From contig JABHYW010000007.1 in the NCBI GenBank assembly GCA_018656655.1, positions 1 through 43,300 on the forward strand: a DNA stretch of 43,300 nt. The letters run 5' to 3'. Made by a program: the position numbers and the translations under genes. This document shows positions 17,238 to 26,136 of this stretch, one piece after another; the stretch's first letter is position 1, and every line of letters begins with the position of its first letter. The notes under the pieces are model-generated. The model did not search any database and was not told the origin of the DNA. It was given only the letters and a program-made list of their open reading frames with translations. Origin of the DNA: Candidatus Komeilibacteria bacterium (GTDB lineage: Bacteria > Patescibacteriota > Patescibacteriia > UBA1558 > GWA2-36-10).

Positions 17238-17528
17238 TTATTTTTTGTCTTCAACTTTAGCTTCTGAAACTGGAGCTACTCTTTTAACCATATCAGCAAA
17301 ACGAGATTTTTTACGATTACCAGCATTAGGTTTAAGAATATTATTCTTTACAGCTTTATCTACTACTTTTTGAAGTTCTTTTGAAATTTCATCAACTTTT
17401 TGTCCACCTATAACGGCTTTTTTACCTTTTTTGATGATTTCCTTAATATTTCTTTTAATCAAAGAATTGCGTAAAGTACGCTTTTTAGTTTGCTTCAAAT
17501 CTTTGATTGCGGCTTTCTTATTTGGCAT
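17238..17528 (-). CDS. rpsT: 30S ribosomal protein S20
   Basis: MPNKKAAIKDLKQTKKRTLRN... is a typical S20 N-terminus; basic 96 aa. Confidence 0.95.
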   Translation of the reverse strand: MPNKKAAIKDLKQTKKRTLRNSLIKRNIKEIIKKGKKAVIGGQKVDEISKELQKVVDKAVKNNILKPNAGNRKKSRFADMVKRVAPVSEAKVEDKK

Positions 17529-17602
17529 AAATGCTTTTTTCCTTTATTATTTAGAATAAGACTTGTAAAAGGTTAACATAATTAAGCTAATTCGTCAATA
17601 CT

Positions 17603-17842
17603 ATGAGTGAATATGTATCACCAGAGAAACAGAGGTTAATTATAGAGAAATTATACTATTCTACCGACTCTATAACTAGTACTGAAAAATTTAATAAAAA
17701 ATACCAAAAACAACTTGGTAGAATGGGCGAAAAAACCATCACGCTCTATGATTTTGCTCAAAAATTAAAAAAAACTGACTTCAAACAGTTTGATATAAGA
17801 CGTTTTATCAAAGATATTACTGGGCAAGATGTTCATTTATAA
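17603..17842 (+). CDS. hypothetical 79-aa protein
   Basis: Only ORF in this gap. Its 3' end overlaps the convergent truB-fusion gene by 26 nt. No motif recognised. Confidence 0.3.
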   Translation: MSEYVSPEKQRLIIEKLYYSTDSITSTEKFNKKYQKQLGRMGEKTITLYDFAQKLKKTDFKQFDIRRFIKDITGQDVHL

Positions 17843-18920
17843 TATCTATAACTTCTTGTACTGCTAATTTATTTTTAGCTAAACTAGTTTTATCTACTTC
17901 TTCAAGAGCTAAAGCATTTTTTACACTAAAATCACCTATAGCAATACGCTTTAAACCAGACAACATAGCTCCTGTTTCCATAGCCTGCCCAAGATCATGA
18001 GCTAAAGAACGTATATAGGTTCCAGCTGATGCTGATACTAATAAATTCAAATTTGGATATTTGAATTTATTTATTTTTAATTCATGAATCTCAATTTCTT
18101 TACTTGGTGCTTTAACTGGCTTGCCAGCTCTAGCTAATTTATATAATTTTTGACCAGCTACTTTTTTAGCGCTATAAATTGGCGCTACTTGATTTTGCTT
18201 ACCTAAAAAATTATTTAAAGTTTCTTCTAATTCTTTTTTATCAAAAGCTTTGGCTTGTTTATTTACAACTGTCTTGCCTTCCATGTCATAAGTATCTGAA
18301 TCCTGTCCAAATAAAACATCCGCCTGATAAATTTTTGGTAAATCATGAAACCAATCTAATAAACGGGTGGCCTTCCCATTAGCTACAATCAAAAGACCCG
18401 AGGCCAAAGGATCAAGGGTACCTGAAAATCCAACTCGCTTAGTATTTAAAACCTTTCTCAAAACTGAGACCGCTCTAAAAGAGTTTACTCCTTTAGGTTT
18501 ATCTATTAAATAAATTCCAGCTGATTGATCCTCCAAAATAGTTCTTAAACGAGAGGACTTGTATAGATTGCTTTTAACAAATTTTATAATTTCTAAATTT
18601 AAATTATCAAACTTAGAGAAAGTGTCTTGCAAATATTTTTGATCTTCACCAATACATAAAATATCTGGCTGAAGATTATTAATTAAATACTTAGCATCAT
18701 GATTAGTATTTCTAACAAAAATTTCAAAACCTAAATTTTTTAAATTTTTGATTCTGGTCTGCTCATCATTATAAGGACTATAATGTTTCAAAGATTTAAT
18801 ACTTTGATCAGACTCTAATACTATAGTCACTTGTCCAATTTTTTTAGCCATAGCTAAAATATGCATATGTCCTGGATGCAAAATATCAAACTTTCCAAAA
18901 ACTAATACTTTTTTATTCAT
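17817..18920 (-). CDS. truB: fusion: N-terminal RibF-type (FMN adenylyltransferase-like) nucleotidyltransferase domain plus tRNA pseudouridine(55) synthase TruB
   Basis: N-terminus: VFGKFDILHPGHMHIL (GxFDxxHxGH). From about aa 134: IYLIDKPKGVNSF...GFSGTLDPLASGLLIV...GKATRL (TruB core with catalytic Asp). Confidence 0.85.
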   Translation of the reverse strand: MNKKVLVFGKFDILHPGHMHILAMAKKIGQVTIVLESDQSIKSLKHYSPYNDEQTRIKNLKNLGFEIFVRNTNHDAKYLINNLQPDILCIGEDQKYLQDTFSKFDNLNLEIIKFVKSNLYKSSRLRTILEDQSAGIYLIDKPKGVNSFRAVSVLRKVLNTKRVGFSGTLDPLASGLLIVANGKATRLLDWFHDLPKIYQADVLFGQDSDTYDMEGKTVVNKQAKAFDKKELEETLNNFLGKQNQVAPIYSAKKVAGQKLYKLARAGKPVKAPSKEIEIHELKINKFKYPNLNLLVSASAGTYIRSLAHDLGQAMETGAMLSGLKRIAIGDFSVKNALALEEVDKTSLAKNKLAVQEVIDIINEHLAQ

Positions 18921-18952
18921 ACTAAAGATTATATTATACTAAATAACTAAAA

Positions 18953-18982
18953 TTGACAAAAAATACCAGTCAGAGCTACAAT
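18953..18982 (+). promoter_or_regulatory. sigma70-like promoter TTGACA-18-TACAAT
   Basis: ttgaca at 18953-18958; tacaat at 18977-18982. Confidence 0.45.
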
Positions 18983-19027
18983 ATAAAAGTACTTAATACT
19001 CCTAAAAATAGAAAGGAGGTAGATAAT

Positions 19028-19276
19028 ATGGGAAAATATTGTTACTGCCCCACAGCTTTAAACGTTACAATGGGCATTTTTATGATCTGCTTAGCTATCT
19101 TTGCTTTTTTGAATGTTTGGGAAATCTATATGCCACTTTGGTTAACTATTATCACAGCCGTGATGGGTGTTTTATTAATTTTCCTCAATTCAGTTAATCC
19201 TATCCATGAAAAAGTAGAAGATGATAACTTAAGCGCTGAAAAAGCTAATCAGATACACGCTCGCGAAGGATATTAA
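19028..19276 (+). CDS. small 2-TM membrane protein (82 aa)
   Basis: ATG at 19028 preceded by gaaaggaggt (strong SD). The ORF-track TTG start at 18953 coincides with the -35 box and was not used. Confidence 0.55.
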   Translation: MGKYCYCPTALNVTMGIFMICLAIFAFLNVWEIYMPLWLTIITAVMGVLLIFLNSVNPIHEKVEDDNLSAEKANQIHAREGY

Positions 19277-19375
19277 ACCATTCGTCTATAGACGAATGAA
19301 GTTATAAAGTTTGAAAGTTACGCCCTAGGGGGCGTTTAAAGTAAAAAGTCAATAAACTATTATGTTTTTTATTTG

Positions 19376-19414
19376 AGAAAATACTTTAATTAATAAATAA
19401 AGTATTTTCTTTTT
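19376..19414 (+). terminator. 13-bp AT-rich hairpin plus T-run
   Basis: agaaaatacttta / taaagtattttct with a 9-nt loop, followed by ttttt. Confidence 0.6.
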
Positions 19415-19463
19415 GACTTTAAAACTTTTTGACTTTTAACTTGCTCGAGTGAAAACGAGAGCG

Positions 19464-22406
19464 TTATTCTATATTTACTATAATACTTGGAGTGGTTATC
19501 AAATTATCTGATTGGTCTTTAACTACCATATAAAGTTTATAAACTCCGGCCTCAATATCTTTGTCCCAATACACTGATAACTTATTTTGGTACGGCGACT
19601 CAATATAAGTAAACCAACGTGACCTATCTTCTGAGTCTATATAATAAAAATCTATTTTCTTTACTTTAGCTGGTTTATCCAAATTTAATTCTAAATTAAT
19701 TGGGAAATCTAAAAGATTAAGAGTGTCACCGCTAGATGGGCTAAGCCAGACTAAATTGAAATCTCTAGCCGCACTATCTAGGTCTATATTAATATTTATA
19801 CTTTTAGCTCTAAAATTATCTCGATCATCAAAAGCAATAGCTTTTAATTCATGACGACCATTAACAATAAAAGGATTTATTTGATAATTAAAATTAAATG
19901 GTTTGGAATAACTAGTACCAATTAATTCATCATCCAAGAAATATTCTACTCGACGCACTCCTCTAGGCGCATGTACATCTACCTTCATACTTAAATGACT
20001 ACTAGTAATCGTCTGATTCTGGTTTGGTAATTTCCAATCCAAATTTGGCCTATCTTCTTGTACATGAATATCATCATATTCTGTAGGTGGCTGCTGACTT
20101 GTATAGCCTTGTTCTTCAGCATAGGCTAATATCGGACCTTCCCAGAGATTATATTGTGGTTCTTTATTTGGATCTGACAACGGCTCTCCTAAAGGATTAT
20201 TTATATTTATATAATGCAAGATAGTATGTACCTCAAGATACTTTTTCTCCTCTATAGTTGTGTAAGGTGTATACTCGGTAGCCAATTTACCACTCATGGT
20301 ATCAATCCTGACTGGCTGAGCGCCAGAAAGCTCACCACAAACCATTGGCTTATCACATTTACCAATATTTTCTTTTTTAAAATACTGAATTGCTCTATCT
20401 TTAGTAATCTCTTTCATAAAAGCCTGCCAAATTGGAGCAGCCATGGTAGATCCACTAGCTCCATCTCCCATAGCTGTATTGTCATTATTACCAACCCAAA
20501 CACCAGTGGCAATATTTGGCGTAAAGCCTACAGTCCAAGCATCACGATAATCATTAGTTGTTCCAGTTTTGGCAGCCACTGGTCGATCTGGCAAAGTTAA
20601 TCTATTGGCCTCGCCAAAAACATAAGCCCTAGCTCCATTATCTGATAAAACATCATTTAATATTCTAACGGGTTCTTTTTCTAAAACTCTGCGGCCTTTA
20701 TTATTATCATTTTTCTCAATAATCTCTCCAGCACTATCTTTAATTTCCAAAATAGCTAGTGGTTCTTTATATATACCTTCTCGGGCAAAAGTAGCATAAG
20801 CACTAACATGCTCTAATAGCTTAACTTCACCACCACCTAAAACCAATGACAAACCGTATCTATCTGGATCAGTTAAAGTAGTGTAGCCAAAACGATTAGC
20901 CAAATCTACTGTATTACGTACTCCTGCTAAATACAAAGTCTTAACTGCTGGAATATTAAGTGAGCCAGCTAAAGCCTTGCGCATAGAAACTGGACCTCTT
21001 TCTTTTAAATCATAATTTCTTGGCATATAATCATCGCCAGCTGCTGCAAAATTAGTCTCTATGTCAAAAAGTATTGTATCTGGACGATAGCCTTTATCAA
21101 AAGCCGCTAAATATGCCAAAGGCTTTAAGGATGAACCTGGTTGCCTTTCAGCTAAAGCTACATTTACTTGCCCATCTATCTCATCATTAAAATAATCTTT
21201 AGAACCAATCATAGCTAAAAGCTCTCCTGTATCAACATCCATTGAAACTAGGGCAGTATTATTAGCTTGATAATTTTCTAAATTGCCCTCAGCTCTTTCA
21301 TCTATAATCTTTTGGGCTGCCTGTTGAGCATTCCAATCTAAAGAAGTTTTAATTTCCCAACCACTCTGTTGAATAATACTAGATCCGTATTTTTGTTCTA
21401 ATAATTCTCTGACATACATCACAAAATGAGGTGCCTTAATTTGTTCAGCTCGTTTTTTGAAAACTAATTCTTGAGCTTCAGCAACTACAAGTTCTTCTTC
21501 CGAAATATAACCCTGATCTTTCATTAAAGCTAATATTGTTTGCTGACGAGCAATTAATAAATCTTTATTATTACCATAAGGGGAATATAAGGTTGGAGCC
21601 TGAGGTAAGGCTGCTAAAATAGCTGCCTCAGCTGGAGTTAAATCCTGAACAGACCTATCAAAATAATACTGAGCGGCTGCTTCTACTCCATAGATCGAAC
21701 CTCCATAAGGAATTTCATTAAAATAAAATTCTAAAATCTGCTCTTTATCATATTTCTTTTCTATCTGCCAAGATATAATCCATTCTTTTATTTTACGAGA
21801 TAATTTACGTTCGTTGGTTAATATCGCGTTTTTCACAAATTGTTGAGTAAGAGTTGATCCACCCTGAGCTCTTTTACCTTGCAAGCGTGGCATAATCTGT
21901 CCTCTAATAATTCCCCAAACAGAGATGCCATTGTGATTATAAAAATTCTTATCTTCAATAGCAATAGTGGCATTAACAACATGTTCTGGTATATCAGCAA
22001 TTTTCACTAAAGTTCTATTTTCTGGCCCATGTATTTCATATAATAATACTTCGCCTGTTCTATCATATATCTTGGTACTAAGAGCTACTGACCTATCCAT
22101 AATCTGACCTGGCTCTGGTAAATCACGAGAATACCAAGCAAATAAGCCTATCATAAAAATACCACCTAAGAACACTAATCCCAGCATATAAGGCCATAAT
22201 CGCCTAATTAAACCCTTAAACCAGCCTCCGGAGCCTCCTAGTTTAGGTATCCTTGGCATTTTAGGTCTTTTTTTATACAAAAAACGACCCGAAAGCTTCT
22301 TTTTCTTCGGTTTGCTTATTTTAGCTATAGGACGATGAGAAAATTGTTGATGAATATTGTTGATTTTTCTCTTGCTAAAGTTTGACTTGAGTTGAGGAAT
22401 TGGCAT
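19464..22406 (-). CDS. class A penicillin-binding protein (GT51 transglycosylase plus transpeptidase) with C-terminal Ig-like repeats
   Basis: EDKNFYNHNGI, RAQGGSTLTQQFVKN, RKIKEW (GT51); PGSSLKP (SxxK), SLN and KTGTT motifs. The tail has two Big-like repeats (RRVEYFLDDELIG...). Confidence 0.9.
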   Translation of the reverse strand: MPIPQLKSNFSKRKINNIHQQFSHRPIAKISKPKKKKLSGRFLYKKRPKMPRIPKLGGSGGWFKGLIRRLWPYMLGLVFLGGIFMIGLFAWYSRDLPEPGQIMDRSVALSTKIYDRTGEVLLYEIHGPENRTLVKIADIPEHVVNATIAIEDKNFYNHNGISVWGIIRGQIMPRLQGKRAQGGSTLTQQFVKNAILTNERKLSRKIKEWIISWQIEKKYDKEQILEFYFNEIPYGGSIYGVEAAAQYYFDRSVQDLTPAEAAILAALPQAPTLYSPYGNNKDLLIARQQTILALMKDQGYISEEELVVAEAQELVFKKRAEQIKAPHFVMYVRELLEQKYGSSIIQQSGWEIKTSLDWNAQQAAQKIIDERAEGNLENYQANNTALVSMDVDTGELLAMIGSKDYFNDEIDGQVNVALAERQPGSSLKPLAYLAAFDKGYRPDTILFDIETNFAAAGDDYMPRNYDLKERGPVSMRKALAGSLNIPAVKTLYLAGVRNTVDLANRFGYTTLTDPDRYGLSLVLGGGEVKLLEHVSAYATFAREGIYKEPLAILEIKDSAGEIIEKNDNNKGRRVLEKEPVRILNDVLSDNGARAYVFGEANRLTLPDRPVAAKTGTTNDYRDAWTVGFTPNIATGVWVGNNDNTAMGDGASGSTMAAPIWQAFMKEITKDRAIQYFKKENIGKCDKPMVCGELSGAQPVRIDTMSGKLATEYTPYTTIEEKKYLEVHTILHYININNPLGEPLSDPNKEPQYNLWEGPILAYAEEQGYTSQQPPTEYDDIHVQEDRPNLDWKLPNQNQTITSSHLSMKVDVHAPRGVRRVEYFLDDELIGTSYSKPFNFNYQINPFIVNGRHELKAIAFDDRDNFRAKSININIDLDSAARDFNLVWLSPSSGDTLNLLDFPINLELNLDKPAKVKKIDFYYIDSEDRSRWFTYIESPYQNKLSVYWDKDIEAGVYKLYMVVKDQSDNLITTPSIIVNIE

Positions 22407-22473
22407 AGTATTTTAATTATAGCAAAAATACGCTATAATTTGAATATCAAAAGATTAAAATGTAATAAAAAGT

Positions 22474-23679
22474 ATGACTAAGATTAATACAAATAAGCAA
22501 AAAATTCAAGAGCTACTAGAACGAGGTACAATCGTTGAAATTTTACCGAAGAAAGAAGATTTTGCCAAAAAATTATTAAGTGGAGAAAAATTAAGATTTT
22601 ACATTGGTTTTGATGCTACTGCACCTACCCTGCATTTAAGTCATGCTAAAAATTTTATTCTCTTAGAAAAATTTCGTCAGCTGGGTCATGAAGTAATAGT
22701 TTTGTTTGGTGACTTTACAGCGCGGATTGGTGATCCAAGTGGAGAATCAAAAACCCGTCAACAACTAACTCGCAAAGATGTATTAGCGAATGTAAAAAAA
22801 TGGAAAGAACTTATCAAACCACTAATGGCTTTTGATGATAAAAAAAATCCACCCAAGATAATGTACAACAATGACTGGTTGGCAAAATTAAATATGGAAG
22901 ACCTTATTAATCTAGCCAGCAACTTTACTGTTCAACAAACTATTGAAAGAGACATGTTTCAAAAACGTCTCAAAGCCAACAAGCCGATTGGTCTTCATGA
23001 ATTCCTCTATCCAATGATGCAGGGTTATGATTCTGTAGCCATGGATGTTGATGTAGAAATCTGTGGCACTGATCAAATATTTAATGCTCTAGCTGGCCGA
23101 ACATTACAAAGAAAATTAAATAATAAAGAAAAGTTTGTAGTGGCTGTAACACTAATGGAAAATCCAAAGACTGGCGAGCTAATGTCTAAGAGTAAGAGTA
23201 CTGGTGTTTTTCTAGATACTAGCGCCAATGATATGTATGGACAAATTATGTCTCAGCCAGATGAAATGATTGAAATACTTTTTACTCACGATACGCATTT
23301 ATCTCTTGCTGAGATTAAGAAAATAATGAAAGCTGCTAATCCTAAAGATGCTAAAGTAAAATTAGCTTTAGAAATTGTTAAAATGTTTCATGGAGATAAA
23401 AAAGCTCAGGCAGCTGCTAATAACTTTACTAATATCTTTGCTAAAAAAGGTACACCTGATGATATTGCTGAAGTAAAAATTTCTAAAAAGAAAATTAGCC
23501 CAATAGACTTACTAGTAGAATTAAAATTTGTCAGCTCTAAAGGAGAAGCTCGTCGTTTAATTGATGGTGGAGGGATGAGAATTAATAATGCCAAAGTAAC
23601 TAGCTGGAAAGATAGTGTATCTCTAAAAGCTGAAGATATTATTCAAGCTGGTAAAAGAAAATTCGCTAAGGTTAAATAA
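22474..23679 (+). CDS. tyrS: tyrosine--tRNA ligase
   Basis: HIGH-type LHLSHA, KMSKS-type LMSKSKS, C-terminal S4-like GEARRLIDGGGMRINN. Confidence 0.85.
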   Translation: MTKINTNKQKIQELLERGTIVEILPKKEDFAKKLLSGEKLRFYIGFDATAPTLHLSHAKNFILLEKFRQLGHEVIVLFGDFTARIGDPSGESKTRQQLTRKDVLANVKKWKELIKPLMAFDDKKNPPKIMYNNDWLAKLNMEDLINLASNFTVQQTIERDMFQKRLKANKPIGLHEFLYPMMQGYDSVAMDVDVEICGTDQIFNALAGRTLQRKLNNKEKFVVAVTLMENPKTGELMSKSKSTGVFLDTSANDMYGQIMSQPDEMIEILFTHDTHLSLAEIKKIMKAANPKDAKVKLALEIVKMFHGDKKAQAAANNFTNIFAKKGTPDDIAEVKISKKKISPIDLLVELKFVSSKGEARRLIDGGGMRINNAKVTSWKDSVSLKAEDIIQAGKRKFAKVK

Positions 23680-23692
23680 AAATATAATAAAA

Positions 23693-23720
23693 CAAAAAAA
23701 CAGCCCTAGGGCTGTTTTTT
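23693..23720. terminator. bidirectional terminator shared by the convergent tyrS and galT-like genes
   Basis: Palindrome aacagccctagggctgtt flanked by an A-run and a T-run. Confidence 0.8.
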
Positions 23721-23727
23721 AATATTA

Positions 23728-24675
23728 TTATTTTGGTACTCCATCTCGATAAAACTCTGCGGCATCCGCTGGATCAATTGGATTGATAATTAAACCTGAA
23801 CCAATCTCTACTCCAGCCCAAACAGAACCACGTGGCACTACTTTCATATAAAGATGCTGATCATTATCATTTATCACTTGATGAAAGTAAAAATTATAAG
23901 GCAAGTCAAGTTGCCCAATTTTTTTCAAAACATGTTTAAGAATTTTAGCAAAAGATTTTCGCTCTTCCGCTGTTAACTCTGTAATATTATCACGATGCTT
24001 AAGTGGCATAATCCAAACTTCGTAATTAAACATAGAAGCGTAAGGAGTAAAAGCAATTACATTCTTATCTTTATAAACTAAACGTTTATCTTTAGATTCT
24101 TTGGCAATAACATCACAATAAACACAATTCCCTTCTGTTAATTTATAAGCCTGTTGTCGCTGACTCTTATCAAAAAGATGCGGTGGTAAAAAGTGAGTAG
24201 CAAATATCTGAGAATGGGAATGCTGTAAGCTAGCACCAGCTACACCACCATCATTTTTAAATATCAAAATATAATCAATCTTATCGTCCTTAGATATTTC
24301 TTTAGTTCTAACTGCATAGGCTTCTAATAAATCAGCAATGTGCTCTGTAGATAAATCCTCTAACTCTTCCGTATGATCGCCTGTTTCAATTACCACCTCT
24401 TGCTTACCATAAGCTTTATCATTATCTAAAGACACAGCTGGATATTTATTAGCAATAATATTAATATCCCAATTATCTGCATCACCTTTTTTATATAGAC
24501 TTGGCACATCCTTAAGATTATTAGGACAAAATATACAAGAAGTAACCATCTGCTTCTTATGTTTCTCGCCTGGTTTAATAGTATCATGAGGTCTTTTACC
24601 ACGCTTAGGCGCAATAATCACATATTTATCCTGAATATAATCTTTTCTTAATTCTGGTTGTTTCATTGTAGACAT
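23728..24675 (-). CDS. GalT-type HIT-superfamily hexose-1-phosphate nucleotidyltransferase / NDP-sugar phosphorylase
   Basis: CIFCP zinc motif, HSHSQIF (HxHxQ active site), two half-barrel layout; 315 aa. Confidence 0.7.
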   Translation of the reverse strand: MSTMKQPELRKDYIQDKYVIIAPKRGKRPHDTIKPGEKHKKQMVTSCIFCPNNLKDVPSLYKKGDADNWDINIIANKYPAVSLDNDKAYGKQEVVIETGDHTEELEDLSTEHIADLLEAYAVRTKEISKDDKIDYILIFKNDGGVAGASLQHSHSQIFATHFLPPHLFDKSQRQQAYKLTEGNCVYCDVIAKESKDKRLVYKDKNVIAFTPYASMFNYEVWIMPLKHRDNITELTAEERKSFAKILKHVLKKIGQLDLPYNFYFHQVINDNDQHLYMKVVPRGSVWAGVEIGSGLIINPIDPADAAEFYRDGVPK

Positions 24676-24679
24676 AAGG

Positions 24680-26134
24680 CTATTTCAATTTATTATATAG
24701 TTTTAAATATTCTTTAGCTGATCTATCCCAAGAAAAATCTTCTTTCATATCAGCTTTTATCATTTTAACAAATTTTGCTTTATTTTTATAGAGGCGCAAA
24801 GATTGTTCAATCGCCTTAATCATTTCCTTTTGCGTATACTTTTTGAATACAATGCCCGTTTTATTATGAGTAACTGTATCCTTAAGACCACCAGTTTGTC
24901 TGGCTATAGGTATTGTACCATAACGCATAGCTATCATTTGACCCAATCCACATGGTTCAAAACGAGATGGTATAAGAAAGAAATCACTTCCTCCATAAAT
25001 TTCTTGAGCTAAACCAACATTGAAAGTAATATTAGCTTTGACTTTGTCTGGATAGGCTTTAGCTAAATCCTTGAAAGCCTTTTCATATTCAGGAGCACCT
25101 GTACCAAGTACTACTAATTGAAAATCATACTTCTTTAATGTCTTTTCTAAAGCTGGCACCAAAATATCTAAACCTTTTTGATCAAAAAGACGAGACACTA
25201 AGCCTAGCACTGGCACGTCTTCAGTCGGCAATCCAGACATTGTTTGTAAATATTTTTTATTAACTGGTTTATTTTTTAAAACAGTCTTCAAATCATACTT
25301 CTTTTTAATAAACTTATCTTTTTTAGGATTGAAAAAATCTATATCAATGCCATTCACTATACCAGCTAAATGTTTTTTCCTTCTATCTAAGAAGTTTTCC
25401 ATACCTTCGCCATATTCTTTAGTCAAAATCTCTTTAGCATAGTTTGGACTAACAGTATTAATATAATCAGCTGACAAAATTCCAATTCTAATCAAAGTAA
25501 TTAGATTCCCGTCTTTATCATAATAATCTTCCATCAAAGCTGGAGTCAAATCTTGATGTAAGCCAGCATAATCTACAATATCTAAAGATGATCTACCTTG
25601 AACTGATAAATTATGAATAGTTAATAAGGTTTTAATATTAGAAAATTTTCTATCTTCAATACTATATTCATCTACAAAAGTTGGTACTAAAGCTGTATGC
25701 CAATCATGACAATGAATTAAATCTATATTCCACTTCATTATTTTAATAGCTTCCACTAAAGCTTTGGAGAAAAATACAAATCTTTCCACATCACCTATCT
25801 TTCTATTTTTTGGCTTACCAATATAAACTTTACCGTTAAAAATTTTATGCTTAATTAAAAAAATATCAATACTTGAGCCTGGTAATTTAGTTTTATATAA
25901 ATCAAACTTAGCACTTTTTAAATCTACTTCTACGAAAATATTTCTTTTAACTAAAGTAGCTTTAAATCTCTTTTTATCAATCACTCCATAAAAAGGCATA
26001 ATCATTTTTATAGACATATTTAACTTTTGTAAGGCTTTGGGAAGTGAACCAGCCACATCTCCCAAACCACCAACTTTAGCCAAAGGAGCTAGTTCGGCTG
26101 TAGCCATTAGAATTGATAATTTTTTGTTTGCCAT
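24680..26134 (-). CDS. glgA: glycogen/starch synthase (GT5), copy 1
   Basis: AELAPLAKVGGLGDV, HCHDWHTA, PSRFEPCGLGQM, GGLKDTV. Confidence 0.9.
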   Translation of the reverse strand: MANKKLSILMATAELAPLAKVGGLGDVAGSLPKALQKLNMSIKMIMPFYGVIDKKRFKATLVKRNIFVEVDLKSAKFDLYKTKLPGSSIDIFLIKHKIFNGKVYIGKPKNRKIGDVERFVFFSKALVEAIKIMKWNIDLIHCHDWHTALVPTFVDEYSIEDRKFSNIKTLLTIHNLSVQGRSSLDIVDYAGLHQDLTPALMEDYYDKDGNLITLIRIGILSADYINTVSPNYAKEILTKEYGEGMENFLDRRKKHLAGIVNGIDIDFFNPKKDKFIKKKYDLKTVLKNKPVNKKYLQTMSGLPTEDVPVLGLVSRLFDQKGLDILVPALEKTLKKYDFQLVVLGTGAPEYEKAFKDLAKAYPDKVKANITFNVGLAQEIYGGSDFFLIPSRFEPCGLGQMIAMRYGTIPIARQTGGLKDTVTHNKTGIVFKKYTQKEMIKAIEQSLRLYKNKAKFVKMIKADMKEDFSWDRSAKEYLKLYNKLK

Positions 26135-26136
26135 TT

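Noticed and set aside
18953-19027. Upstream TTG start for the 107-aa version of the small membrane protein
   Set aside because: The TTG is the first half of a TTGACA -35 box. The ATG at 19028 has a strong aaggagg SD, so the short form is preferred.
22407-22473. T-box leader upstream of tyrS
   Set aside because: The intergenic region is only 67 nt and AT-rich. It has no specifier or antiterminator structure and is far too short for a T-box.
13801-25012. ORFs 13801..14067(-), 16503..16781(+), 18179..18382(+), 20214..20600(+), 23406..23594(-), 24426..24614(-), 24803..25012(+)
   Set aside because: All are embedded antisense or out of frame in genes with strong family motifs (polA, AlkD-like, truB fusion, PBP, tyrS, galT-like, glgA).
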